Positions 27,479-36,478 of a DNA stretch of 64,000 nt are shown one piece after another. The stretch is from Candidatus Palauibacter ramosifaciens. Its GTDB lineage: Bacteria; Gemmatimonadota; Gemmatimonadetes; Palauibacterales; Palauibacteraceae. The stretch covers positions 24,367 to 88,366 of the forward strand of contig VXYT01000040.1 of the NCBI GenBank assembly GCA_009845855.1. The letters are read 5' to 3'. Each line of letters opens with the position of its first letter. The first letter of the stretch is position 1. The notes below the pieces were generated by a model that saw nothing but the letters and a program-made list of their open reading frames with translations, searched no databases and was not told the DNA's origin. The position numbers and the translations under genes were made by a program.

Positions 27479-28903
27479 ATGAAGATATCCAGAGTTCTCG
27501 TCGCCTTCGCGGCCATCGCGGCCGTGCTTGCCGACCCCGTGGTCGCGCAGAACTACGGTCGGCTGTCCGAGGAAACCCGCGCCTATGTCGCCGTGCAGGG
27601 GCCGACCGTGGCGCTCGAACACGTGCGCGTGATCGACGGCACCGGCGGCCCGGTCCTCGAGGACCAGACCGTGCTGCTGCGCGACGGGCGGATCGCCGCC
27701 GTGGGCCCCGCCTCGTCCGTCGACGTGCCGGAGGACGCTGATCGCCACGACCTGGGCGGCCACACCGTGATCCCCGGGATGGTCGGCATGCACGACCACC
27801 TGTTCTACACCTCCGTGGGCGGACGGCGCGTGCAGCTCGGCTTCAGCGCGCCGCGGCTCTACCTCGGCTCCGGCGTCACGACGATCCGCACGACCGGGAG
27901 CTTCACTCCCTACGCGGACGTCCACCTGAAGGACGCGATCGACCGCGGCGATTCGCCCGGCCCCCGCATCCACATCACGGCGCCGTACATCACCGGCTCG
28001 ACGGGCTCGCCGCACCAGGCCCGCATGACTTCCCCCGAACAGGCGCGGCGCTTCGTCGAGTACTGGGCGGAGGAGGGGGCGACGTGGGTGAAGGCGTACA
28101 CGTCGATCGGGAGCGCCGAACTCGGGGCGGCGATCGAGGAGGCGCACCGCCTGGGTCTCCGCGTCACCGGGCACCTGTGCTCGGTGAGTTTCCAGGAGGC
28201 CGTCGCGCTCGGGATCGACAACCTCGAGCACGGGATGCTCACGGCGTCCGATTTCGTGCCGGAGAAGGAGCCGGACCGCTGTCCCGGCAACATCATGCAG
28301 CGGGCCGGCGGCTCGGACCCCACGGGACCCATCGCGCGGGAGACGATCGAGGCGATGGTGGAGGCCGGAGTGGGGCTCACCGCCACGCTCTCGGTCTACG
28401 AGGCGTTCTTCCCGGATCGCGATGTCGTGGACGAGCGGACGCTCGAGTTGATGGCTCCGGACCTCCGGGAAGCCTACCTGGACGAGCGCGGGCGCATCCA
28501 GGAGATGGGACCCGATCCCGAGAACTTCCGGAACGAACTGCGCTTCGAGAAGGCGTTCGTCGACGCCGGCGGGCTGCTCGCCTCGGGCGTCGATCCCACG
28601 GGCAACGGCGGTGCGCTCCCCGGCTTCGGGAATCAGCGGAACTTCGAGCTTCTGCTCGAGGCCGGGCTCACGCCGGCGCAGGCCGTGCAGGTAGTGAGCG
28701 CCAACGGCGCGAAGATCCTCGGTGTCGATGACGAACTCGGCACCGTGGAGGCCGGGAAGCTCGCCGATCTCATCGTGCTGAACGGCGACCCCGGGAGCGA
28801 TCCGAGCGCAATTCGGGCCGTCCGCTGGGTGTTCAAGGACGGCGTGGGGTACGATTCCCGGGAGCTGATTCAGGCGACGCGGGGCCTCGTCGGCGTCCGC
28901 TGA
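27479..28903 (+). CDS. secreted amidohydrolase family metal-dependent hydrolase (paralog 2)
   Basis: colinear homolog of the upstream gene (GMHDHLFY...); signal peptide. Confidence 0.8.
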   Translation: MKISRVLVAFAAIAAVLADPVVAQNYGRLSEETRAYVAVQGPTVALEHVRVIDGTGGPVLEDQTVLLRDGRIAAVGPASSVDVPEDADRHDLGGHTVIPGMVGMHDHLFYTSVGGRRVQLGFSAPRLYLGSGVTTIRTTGSFTPYADVHLKDAIDRGDSPGPRIHITAPYITGSTGSPHQARMTSPEQARRFVEYWAEEGATWVKAYTSIGSAELGAAIEEAHRLGLRVTGHLCSVSFQEAVALGIDNLEHGMLTASDFVPEKEPDRCPGNIMQRAGGSDPTGPIARETIEAMVEAGVGLTATLSVYEAFFPDRDVVDERTLELMAPDLREAYLDERGRIQEMGPDPENFRNELRFEKAFVDAGGLLASGVDPTGNGGALPGFGNQRNFELLLEAGLTPAQAVQVVSANGAKILGVDDELGTVEAGKLADLIVLNGDPGSDPSAIRAVRWVFKDGVGYDSRELIQATRGLVGVR

Positions 28904-28954
28904 GCGTTGACCCTTGAGTCCCGCGTTTGATTCCATGACACTCGGGCCGATCCG

Positions 28955-29629
28955 ATGACGGACAGCGGAACGTACCGTCCCGTTCCGCTGGCGACGTTCA
29001 CGCGGCGCGCGGAGGAGGAGATGGTGCGTCGCGCGCGGGCCTTCCGCGACGAGGTGCGACGGCGCCGGACGGTCCGCGAATACTCCGATGAGCCCGTCCC
29101 CCCTCAGGTCATCGACGCCTGCATCGAGGCGGCGGGAACGGCCCCCAACGGCGCGAACCGGCAACCGTGGCACTTCGTCGTGGTGCGCGACCCCGAGGTG
29201 AAGCGCCGGATCCGCGTGGAAGCGGAGAAGGAGGAGCGGGACTTCTACGAGCATCGCGCGCCGGCCGCGTGGCTCGAGGCGCTCGCCCACCTCGGAACGG
29301 ACGAGCACAAACCCTTCCTGGAGACGGCGCCCGTCCTCATCGCGATCTTCGCGGAAAGCTACGAAATGCGCGGCGGGGAGAAGCTCAAGAACTACTACGT
29401 GACGGAGTCCGTCGGCATCGCCACCGGGATCCTCATCACGGCGCTACACCACGCGGGACTCGCTACCCTCACCCACACCCCGAGCCCCATGGGCTTCCTG
29501 AACGAGGTCCTCGACCGCCCCCGCAACGAGCGGCCCTTCCTGCTGCTCGTCGTGGGCTATCCCGCAGACGACGCGCTCGTCCCGGACATCACGAAGAAGC
29601 CGCTGGACCGCATCGCCTCCCGCCGCTAA
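28955..29629 (+). CDS. nitroreductase superfamily protein, iodotyrosine deiodinase (IYD)-like subfamily
   Basis: [13 protein letters not shown]...[15 protein letters not shown]...; E-x3-Y segment ([10 protein letters not shown]) typical of flavin dehalogenases. Confidence 0.7.
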   Translation: MTDSGTYRPVPLATFTRRAEEEMVRRARAFRDEVRRRRTVREYSDEPVPPQVIDACIEAAGTAPNGANRQPWHFVVVRDPEVKRRIRVEAEKEERDFYEHRAPAAWLEALAHLGTDEHKPFLETAPVLIAIFAESYEMRGGEKLKNYYVTESVGIATGILITALHHAGLATLTHTPSPMGFLNEVLDRPRNERPFLLLVVGYPADDALVPDITKKPLDRIASRR

Positions 29630-29836
29630 GTGTGGATTACATGATGGCTTGGATGGAAGCCCATCCCGGAGGGTGGCGGAAGATCACCGCCCTATTCTTG
29701 TGTGCCATGTGACGCGACGTTAGCTCGAACCATATCGTTGCGGCTTGGATGGTGATCTCGGGTATTCTTCTTGTATCTGCGTCCAGTAGCGTTCTGCGGT
29801 CAGCCGAATCGGATCACGAAGACGGGGCAATGCTGC

Positions 29837-30977
29837 ATGCGATTGCAAACACTCCTGACCGGTTTGGTAGTTGCCCTCCATGTCGGCCTTCCACGCGCGG
29901 TGGCGGGGACTGGTGTGGCTCAGGAGTTGCCGTTCGCATATCGCGTCTCCGAAGAGCCACGGCTCCAGATCGGATCCATTGATGGTGACGACTCCGTCCT
30001 CTTCAGGATAACCGATGTGATTCGCCTGAGAGACGGTGGGATTCTTGTGGCGGATGGGGGAGCACGGACCCTGAAGTTCTTCGATTCGCGGGGCGCTTAC
30101 GTGGCGTCACTTGGCCGTGCGGGTGACGGACCGGGCGAGTTCAGGCGCTTGTACCGCGTCGCGGAACTTGAAGATGGCGGGTTGGCGGCGTTGGACCTCC
30201 TGCTGGGGCGTGTGACGTTATTCTCCCCTGATCGACGGCTCGTGCGGACGTACGATGTGTCGCGGGAGTTCCAAGCAGCGGGACGAAGGGTCCACCTATA
30301 CGGGTTTCTTGCGAACGGAACCTTGGTGGGTCTCGAGGAGATTAAGGGAGAGGGCGTTGAAGCACACTACGGAGATTATCCCAGCAGTGTGCTTACGTAC
30401 CGAGCACCGGTCGTGCAGCCGTTGCTAGTCGACACCGCTGGCCGAGCCGTTCCGTTTGGACGGCGGACACCGGGGAGCGAAAACCTCTATCAGATGCGAG
30501 TAGGTACGGGGGGTGAGAGCATACGCGTCGGTGGAGAGACCGTGTCGGCGCCCTTCCTTCGTACGGTTACAATTGCCGCGCGCGACAAATCGATTGCTTT
30601 GGGGCCAATCGAAGAACGAACGGGTCACCCGGTTTTCCCGCCGAACCGAGCGCCGCACATGGCGAGATCGGTACGAAGAGTTCGTAGCCTCCGTATCGGT
30701 GCCCATGACTCTTCCACCTTTCAAGGCGCTCGCGCTGCAAGAGGGCGGTAAGGTCTGGAGGGAGGTCTACGATTCGGCAATCGCTGAAGGTGCTCCAACG
30801 CGCTGGATCGTAACTGATCCGTCGATTCGTGGAGATTTCGGAGGTATCGTCGTTCTACCACAGGGCTTCCGTCCGTACGACATCGGACGCGATTACGTGC
30901 TAGGCGTTTGGAGCGACGAACTGGGCATCGAGTTCGTGCGCATGTACGATCTGATCGAAGCCTCGTCCGGCGGTTAG
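29837..30977 (+). pseudogene. frameshifted secreted beta-propeller family gene (paralog of 10862-11881) in a lower-GC segment
   Basis: ORF 29771-30751 (frame 2) and ORF 30513-30977 (frame 0) together match the full-length paralog; shift near the T4/C3 run at ~30630-30642. Confidence 0.5.
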
Positions 30978-30991
30978 CCTCAGCGGTTGGC

Positions 30992-32038
30992 CTACGTATC
31001 GAGGAACCGTCGGGCTCGCCGGCGGGCCGCGTGAAGCGGCGATTCTCCGGCGGCGGCCGCCTCCTCAAACAGCTCTCGCAGTGATGCCCCGATCTCGTCG
31101 ACGCGGGCCCGGAGCCGGGTCTCGTCGCGCTCGCCCCGGTGGATGGCGGCGAAGGCGACCGCCCCGCCGGCGTTGATCACGTAATCGGGAGCGTAGAGGA
31201 TCCCGCGCGCGCGCAGCCTGTCCGCGTCGGCCTCCGAAAGAAGCTGGTTGTTCGCGGAACCGGCGACGATCCCACACCGCAGGCGGGGGATCGTGTCTGG
31301 ATTGAGGGTCGCCCCGACGGCGCAGGGCGCGTACACGTCCGCCTCTACCTCCCACATGTCGTCAGCGGGGATGACCGTCCCCCCAAAGCGTGTCTGCGCC
31401 CGCCTTGCGGCCTCCTCGCGCAGATCCGTCAGGTGGAGGGTCGCCCCGGCCTCGGCCAGCATCCCGGCCAGGGGGAGGCCGACATCTCCGAGCCCCTGCA
31501 CGAGTACGGAGCGGGCGCCGAAATTTGCCTCGCCGAACCGGTGCTCGAGGGCGGCCCGGATCCCGGCGAAGACACCACGTGCGGTGTACGGCCCCGGGTC
31601 TCCCGGCTTCCCGTCCACGAGGCCGACGGCGTACCCGGAAATGGCGCCGATGCGGGCCATGTCCTCCGGGGTCGTGCCCATGTCGACGCCGGTCTGGAAG
31701 GCGCCGCGCAGCGAGACGAGACGCGCCGCGTATCGATCGATCAGGCCCGCGCGGGCTTCGTGGCCCAGGTCGTTCGGGATGGCGATGACCGCCTTGCCGC
31801 CGCCGAACCGAACGCCCACGCCCGCCCACTTCCAGGTCATGCCCTCGGCGAGACGCATGGCGTCGATCAGACCGTCCACGGGCGCCGGATACGACGCCAT
31901 CCGGGTGCCTCCGGCGGCCGGACCCAGCCGCGTATCGTGCAGGGCCACGAAGATCCAGGCCCCGGTAGCGGAGTCGAACGCGGTGACGACGGATTCGCCG
32001 TCCCACGCCTCCATGACCTCGAGAAAGCCGCGGGTCAT
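30992..32038 (-). CDS. Glu/Leu/Phe/Val dehydrogenase family (leucine dehydrogenase-like)
   Basis: GGGK motif (FGGGKAVI); NAD-binding GLGDVG. Confidence 0.85.
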   Translation of the reverse strand: MTRGFLEVMEAWDGESVVTAFDSATGAWIFVALHDTRLGPAAGGTRMASYPAPVDGLIDAMRLAEGMTWKWAGVGVRFGGGKAVIAIPNDLGHEARAGLIDRYAARLVSLRGAFQTGVDMGTTPEDMARIGAISGYAVGLVDGKPGDPGPYTARGVFAGIRAALEHRFGEANFGARSVLVQGLGDVGLPLAGMLAEAGATLHLTDLREEAARRAQTRFGGTVIPADDMWEVEADVYAPCAVGATLNPDTIPRLRCGIVAGSANNQLLSEADADRLRARGILYAPDYVINAGGAVAFAAIHRGERDETRLRARVDEIGASLRELFEEAAAAGESPLHAARRRARRFLDT

Positions 32039-32193
32039 ACCCTCTCCGTATTCGATTCGTGGGCTGCCGGGTGCGCGAGCGCGGTGAGACTATCGCGCGC
32101 TGCCCGCCCGGGCGACATTGGGAACATGCGGGGCGCGATCGCGTATCGGTGCTAGCGAGGTAACACGGCGGCGACCGACCGGGAGGCGATGGG

Positions 32194-32790
32194 ATGACGA
32201 CACTGTTCTTCGGAGACATGCTCCCCCCGTCGCCCGAAGCCGAAAAGCGCCGCGAACACGTCCTCGTCGGCACTGCCACCCCCCTCAAGCTCGATGTCCG
32301 GCCGATCGAGCACGACCTGACGCCCCGGGGCAGTATCTGCATCGGGACCTTTCACGAAGACAAGCCGATCGGGCGCTGCGCGATCCCCCGCGACAGCGTG
32401 CAGCACTTCCTCGAGATGGATCTCTTCGACCGGCCGGTCGCGCTCGCGCTGAACGTCCGGAAGGGCGGGCCCGGCATGGAGGGCAGCCTGCTCGCGCTCG
32501 TGCCGATGGACCGGGCGTCGCGGGGCGGATCCGAGCGGGATGAACCGTGGAGGGCCAGCGTACCGGGAGCGGCGTACGACGATGCGATCAAATCGGGCGG
32601 CGACGACTCCGGGTCCACTCAACTGGTCGGGATCTTCCTCGGCGAGGTCGTGCGTTTCGAGGGCGACCGGCGGGAACCGGCGTCGATGCTGCGCGAAGCC
32701 GCCGACATGCTGGCGTGCGTGATCCGCGGGCAGGTGGACAGCGTCGGCGGCCGAGTGCTCGAAGACCTGACCGCAAGCCCGGAAGGCTGA
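32194..32790 (+). CDS. hypothetical protein
   Basis: GGAGG RBS 9 nt upstream; no recognisable family; competing antisense ORF judged less likely. Confidence 0.4.
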   Translation: MTTLFFGDMLPPSPEAEKRREHVLVGTATPLKLDVRPIEHDLTPRGSICIGTFHEDKPIGRCAIPRDSVQHFLEMDLFDRPVALALNVRKGGPGMEGSLLALVPMDRASRGGSERDEPWRASVPGAAYDDAIKSGGDDSGSTQLVGIFLGEVVRFEGDRREPASMLREAADMLACVIRGQVDSVGGRVLEDLTASPEG

Positions 32791-32832
32791 CCGCAGCGGA
32801 GGCTTTGCCACGGGCTGCCAGGCACGCGAAGG

Positions 32833-33897
32833 TCAGGCGAGCGGCTCGCCGTTGAAGCAGACTTCGGTTCCCGGGCGGCACCGGCACGAGGTCCCGGGAG
32901 GCAGGGCTGGAACGTCGAGGCCCAGCGCCGCCAGCGCGAGGTCGGCCAGCACCTCGGCGAACGCTCCATCGTCGTGCGGCACACCGACGCGGCGAAACTC
33001 GAGGCCGAGTGCGTCGGCGTGCCGGGCGAGGTCCACATCCAGCTCCATCAGCGTCTCGGACTGCTCGTGCATGAAGCTGACGGGGTCGACGAGGACTCTT
33101 CCCACGCCCCGGAGGCGCTCCAGCGCCGTCTCGATGTCCGGCGGAGTCCATTCGATCCCTCGGTTCGTGTGGTTCTGGTAGCCGAGCGTCCACATGTCGA
33201 GGTCCAGCGCGCGCGCCTGGGTCGCGCACCACTCTTCGACGTATTCCACGTAGCGGCTGCCCGCTTCGATGTACCGCAGCGGGGTGCCGTGGGCGCTGAA
33301 CACGAGGCGGACCTCCGCGTCCGTCACGCTCCAGCCCGCCTCCCCGGCCGCGCGGCGGATCGCGTCGGCGCGAAGGCGTGCGTAGCGGGGATGGCGATGC
33401 CACCCGGTCACGCCGCGCACCTCCGGGCGCCATCCGATTCGCTCGAGCGCTTCCTCGACCTCGTCCAGCGCCGCAACGGTGGTCGAGGGGCCGCAAAGCG
33501 GGTACACGGGTAGGGCAACGACGGCCTCGGCGCCTGTCTCACGCAGGCGGCGCAGCGCCTCCTCGATCGACGGCTCGGTGAACTGCATCCCCACGGTCAC
33601 GCGCACCGGGTGGCCGCGGGCCCTCAGCGCCCGGTCGAGCGCCTTCGCCTGCGCCTGCGCCTGCGCGTGGAGCGGTGAGCCGCCGATCGTCTCGTAGACC
33701 TCGATCAAGCCGGGCGTCCGCCGCCGCGCGAGTTCGCGGCTCCGTGCACGGGCCGCCGCCGCGTCCATGTGCGGCTCCAGCCGCGCGTTGGCGAGGAAGA
33801 TCCGCTCCAGAAAGCGGGCGACGGCGCTCGGGTCCGTGCCTGTCGGTTCACCGAAGTTCAAGAGGAGGACGGCGGGTCGGGGTTGGGAGTTCGCCAT
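32833..33897 (-). CDS. hemH: ferrochelatase with C-terminal Cys cluster ([2Fe-2S]-type extension)
   Basis: 354 aa; ferrochelatase core; C-terminal ...CRCRPGTEVCFNGEP. Confidence 0.85.
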   Translation of the reverse strand: MANSQPRPAVLLLNFGEPTGTDPSAVARFLERIFLANARLEPHMDAAAARARSRELARRRTPGLIEVYETIGGSPLHAQAQAQAKALDRALRARGHPVRVTVGMQFTEPSIEEALRRLRETGAEAVVALPVYPLCGPSTTVAALDEVEEALERIGWRPEVRGVTGWHRHPRYARLRADAIRRAAGEAGWSVTDAEVRLVFSAHGTPLRYIEAGSRYVEYVEEWCATQARALDLDMWTLGYQNHTNRGIEWTPPDIETALERLRGVGRVLVDPVSFMHEQSETLMELDVDLARHADALGLEFRRVGVPHDDGAFAEVLADLALAALGLDVPALPPGTSCRCRPGTEVCFNGEPLA

Positions 33898-34027
33898 CGC
33901 CCGAACCTATCGGCGCCGTCCCCGGCTTGCCCGCGCCGGAAGGGTTCGGGACGTTGCCGCCTCCAGGTGTGGCGCCGCGGAAGCGCCTTGCCCCCTTCGA
34001 GCGGCGAGGCAGCCGGAGGGGGAAGGC

Positions 34028-35293
34028 ATGCGGGTCGGAATCATCGGCGGAGGGATCACGGGGCTGGCGCTCACGCACGCCCTGGCGCGGCGTGGCGTCG
34101 ACTCGATCCTGTTCGAGGGAGCGGATGACGTCGGGGGGGTCATCCGTACCAGCCGCGACGACGGCCGGGTCGTCGAACTCGGCCCCCAGCGGACGCGCCT
34201 CTCGCCTCCGGTGCGGCGGCTTGTCGATGAACTCGAGCTTCGAGGGGAGGTGCTGGAGGCGCGGCCCGGGTCGCGGCTGTTCGTCTGGGCCCGCGGCCGC
34301 CTGCGGGTCGTGCCGCACCGGCCGCGCGGGCTCCTGACGGGGGACCTGCTCTCGCCGGCGGGGCGCGCCCGCGCCGCCCTCGAACCGCTCACCAGAGGGA
34401 TTCGGCCGCGGGAGTCCGTGGCGCGCTACTTTCGACGCAAGGCCGGGAGTGAGGCGTACGAGCGGCTGTTCGGTCCCCTCATCTCCGCGACCTTCGGATC
34501 CGACCCGGAGACGATGCCGGCAGCACGCGTCCTTCCCATGCTGCTCGGCCCGCTCGGTGTGAAGCGCAGCCTCCTCGCCGCGGCGAGCCGCTGGCAGCCG
34601 GCCGCGTCGCCACCGGCGTTCACCTTTCGCGCGGGCATGGCCGCGCTGCCGAACGCCATCGCGCGCCGACACGCGGACCGGATCCGGGTCGCGGCGCCGG
34701 TCCACGAGTTGCGGCGCTCGCGCCGGCGGTTCGAGGTCGCCCACGGGGGCCGCCGGCCGGACTCCGAGTCCGTGGACCATGTGGTGATCGCGACGCCGGC
34801 GCGCGCCGCGGCGGATCTCCTGAGGACCATCGCACCCGCTGCGGCCGACCGCCTGGCCGGACTGCGGTATCACCGCGTGGCCGTAGTGCCGCTTCAGGTC
34901 GAGCGGGCGCCGGAGGGGTTCGGCTTCCAGGTCGCCCTGGGAGAACGGTGGCGTACGCGCGGTGTGACGTGGAACGCCTCGCTGTTCGGGCGCGACGGCC
35001 TCTGTACGGCCTATCTGGGCGGCGGTCTCGATCCCGGCGTTTCCGCCTGGGACGCGGCCCGACTCGAGCGGACCGCGGCCAGCGAGTACGAGGCGATCCA
35101 TGGGGCGGCGGCGACGGCAATCCGTTCGGCCCGACCGCGGCTCCCGGCATATGACGGCTCGTGGGCGGCGCTGGACGGGCTCGACCTTCCTCCCGGCATC
35201 ACGCTCGCCGCCGGCTACACCGGACGGCTCGGCATATCGAGCCGCGTCGCCGAAGCCGAGTCGGTAGCGGAGCGTCTCGCCGCGCGCGCATAG
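34028..35293 (+). CDS. hemY: protoporphyrinogen/coproporphyrinogen oxidase (HemY/CgoX family, FAD)
   Basis: MRVGIIGGGITGLA dinucleotide fold; amine-oxidase-like. Confidence 0.8.
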   Translation: MRVGIIGGGITGLALTHALARRGVDSILFEGADDVGGVIRTSRDDGRVVELGPQRTRLSPPVRRLVDELELRGEVLEARPGSRLFVWARGRLRVVPHRPRGLLTGDLLSPAGRARAALEPLTRGIRPRESVARYFRRKAGSEAYERLFGPLISATFGSDPETMPAARVLPMLLGPLGVKRSLLAAASRWQPAASPPAFTFRAGMAALPNAIARRHADRIRVAAPVHELRRSRRRFEVAHGGRRPDSESVDHVVIATPARAAADLLRTIAPAAADRLAGLRYHRVAVVPLQVERAPEGFGFQVALGERWRTRGVTWNASLFGRDGLCTAYLGGGLDPGVSAWDAARLERTAASEYEAIHGAAATAIRSARPRLPAYDGSWAALDGLDLPPGITLAAGYTGRLGISSRVAEAESVAERLAARA

Positions 35294-35330
35294 CCGCGCT
35301 CCGGCCGCCAGCGTTCCCGCGGGAACGTCC

Positions 35331-36353
35331 TCAGCGGTTCTCGCCCGGTGCCCTCCAGCGCCGCACCTCGTCGACAACGGCGCCGATCACCTCCGGGTCG
35401 GACTCCGGGTGCAGGCCGTGCCCCAGGTTGAAGATGTGGCCGGGACGCCCGCCGGCCCGCCGCAGGACTTCGCGCGTCCCCGCGCGTGCCGCCTCCTCGC
35501 CCGCCAGGATGCAGGCCGGATCGAGATTCCCCTGGATCGCCCGCTCCGGGCCGATGACGTCCCACGCCTCGTCGAGCGGCGTGCGCCAGTCGACGCCGAT
35601 CGCGTCGCCTCCCGCCTCCGCCACCGCGGCGTGCGTGGCGCCATAGTGCACGGTGGGAACTCCCTCCTCGCGGAGCCGCTCCAGCAGACGGCGCGAGTAG
35701 GGAAGCACACGCGTCCGGTACGAGTGAGGATCGAGGACGCTGCACCAGGAATCGAACACCTGGATCGCGCCGGCCCCGGCCTCGTACTGAGCGATCGCGA
35801 ACTCCGCGAGGTGATCGGCCCAGAACCCCGCGAGCCGGTCCCAGAGCGCCGGTGACCGGAGCATGAAGGCCCGCAGCTGGGCGAGCCGGCTGTCGCGCGT
35901 GCCGCGCGCGAGGTATGAGCACAGCGTGAAGGGGGCCCCCACGAAGCCGATGATGGGACGCGCCTCGTCCGCGGCGAGGAGACGGATCGCCTCGAGCACG
36001 AAGGCGAGGCGCTCGCGCGGCTCGAAGGGGCGCAGGCGTTCCACGTCGGCGAGTCCGCCCCAGGGGGGCAGGGGAACCGGCCCGACGCCTGCCCGCAGCT
36101 CGATCTCGATCCCGGCGGCCTCGAACGGCGTCGAGAGGTCCATGAAGAGGACGAGGGCGTCCACGTCGAAGTACTCGAGCGGGAGTCGCGTGACGCGGGC
36201 GGCCGCCTCCGGGTCGCGCACGAGTTCGAGGAACGCGCGCTCCCGGCGGAGGTCGCGATAGGCGGGAAGTGAGCGTCCCGCCTGGCGCATGAACCACACC
36301 GGCGTCCGCTCCACGGGTTGGCGCGCGAGGGCGCGCAGCAGGAGATCGTTCAT
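35331..36353 (-). CDS. hemE: uroporphyrinogen decarboxylase
   Basis: N-terminus TPVWFMRQAGR signature. Confidence 0.9.
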   Translation of the reverse strand: MNDLLLRALARQPVERTPVWFMRQAGRSLPAYRDLRRERAFLELVRDPEAAARVTRLPLEYFDVDALVLFMDLSTPFEAAGIEIELRAGVGPVPLPPWGGLADVERLRPFEPRERLAFVLEAIRLLAADEARPIIGFVGAPFTLCSYLARGTRDSRLAQLRAFMLRSPALWDRLAGFWADHLAEFAIAQYEAGAGAIQVFDSWCSVLDPHSYRTRVLPYSRRLLERLREEGVPTVHYGATHAAVAEAGGDAIGVDWRTPLDEAWDVIGPERAIQGNLDPACILAGEEAARAGTREVLRRAGGRPGHIFNLGHGLHPESDPEVIGAVVDEVRRWRAPGENR

Positions 36354-36478
36354 GACCCGCCGATCTTACCCCGTCGCCTGCGGTGCGCCAAACCGCACCG
36401 TTGGACCCGCGCGGGACCTTTCGTAGCTTGCAGTCCACGTGCGGCCACGACTTCGGATCTCTCACAGGGGAAGCGATC

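Noticed and set aside
25963-29308. 517-aa and 642-aa - strand ORFs
   Set aside because: Antisense to the two amidohydrolase paralogs.
32152-32811. 219-aa - strand ORF overlapping the 32194-32790 + strand ORF
   Set aside because: The + strand frame has an RBS and less Arg/Pro-biased composition, while the - strand product looks like GC-driven noise. Neither has homology support, so the + strand call is low confidence.
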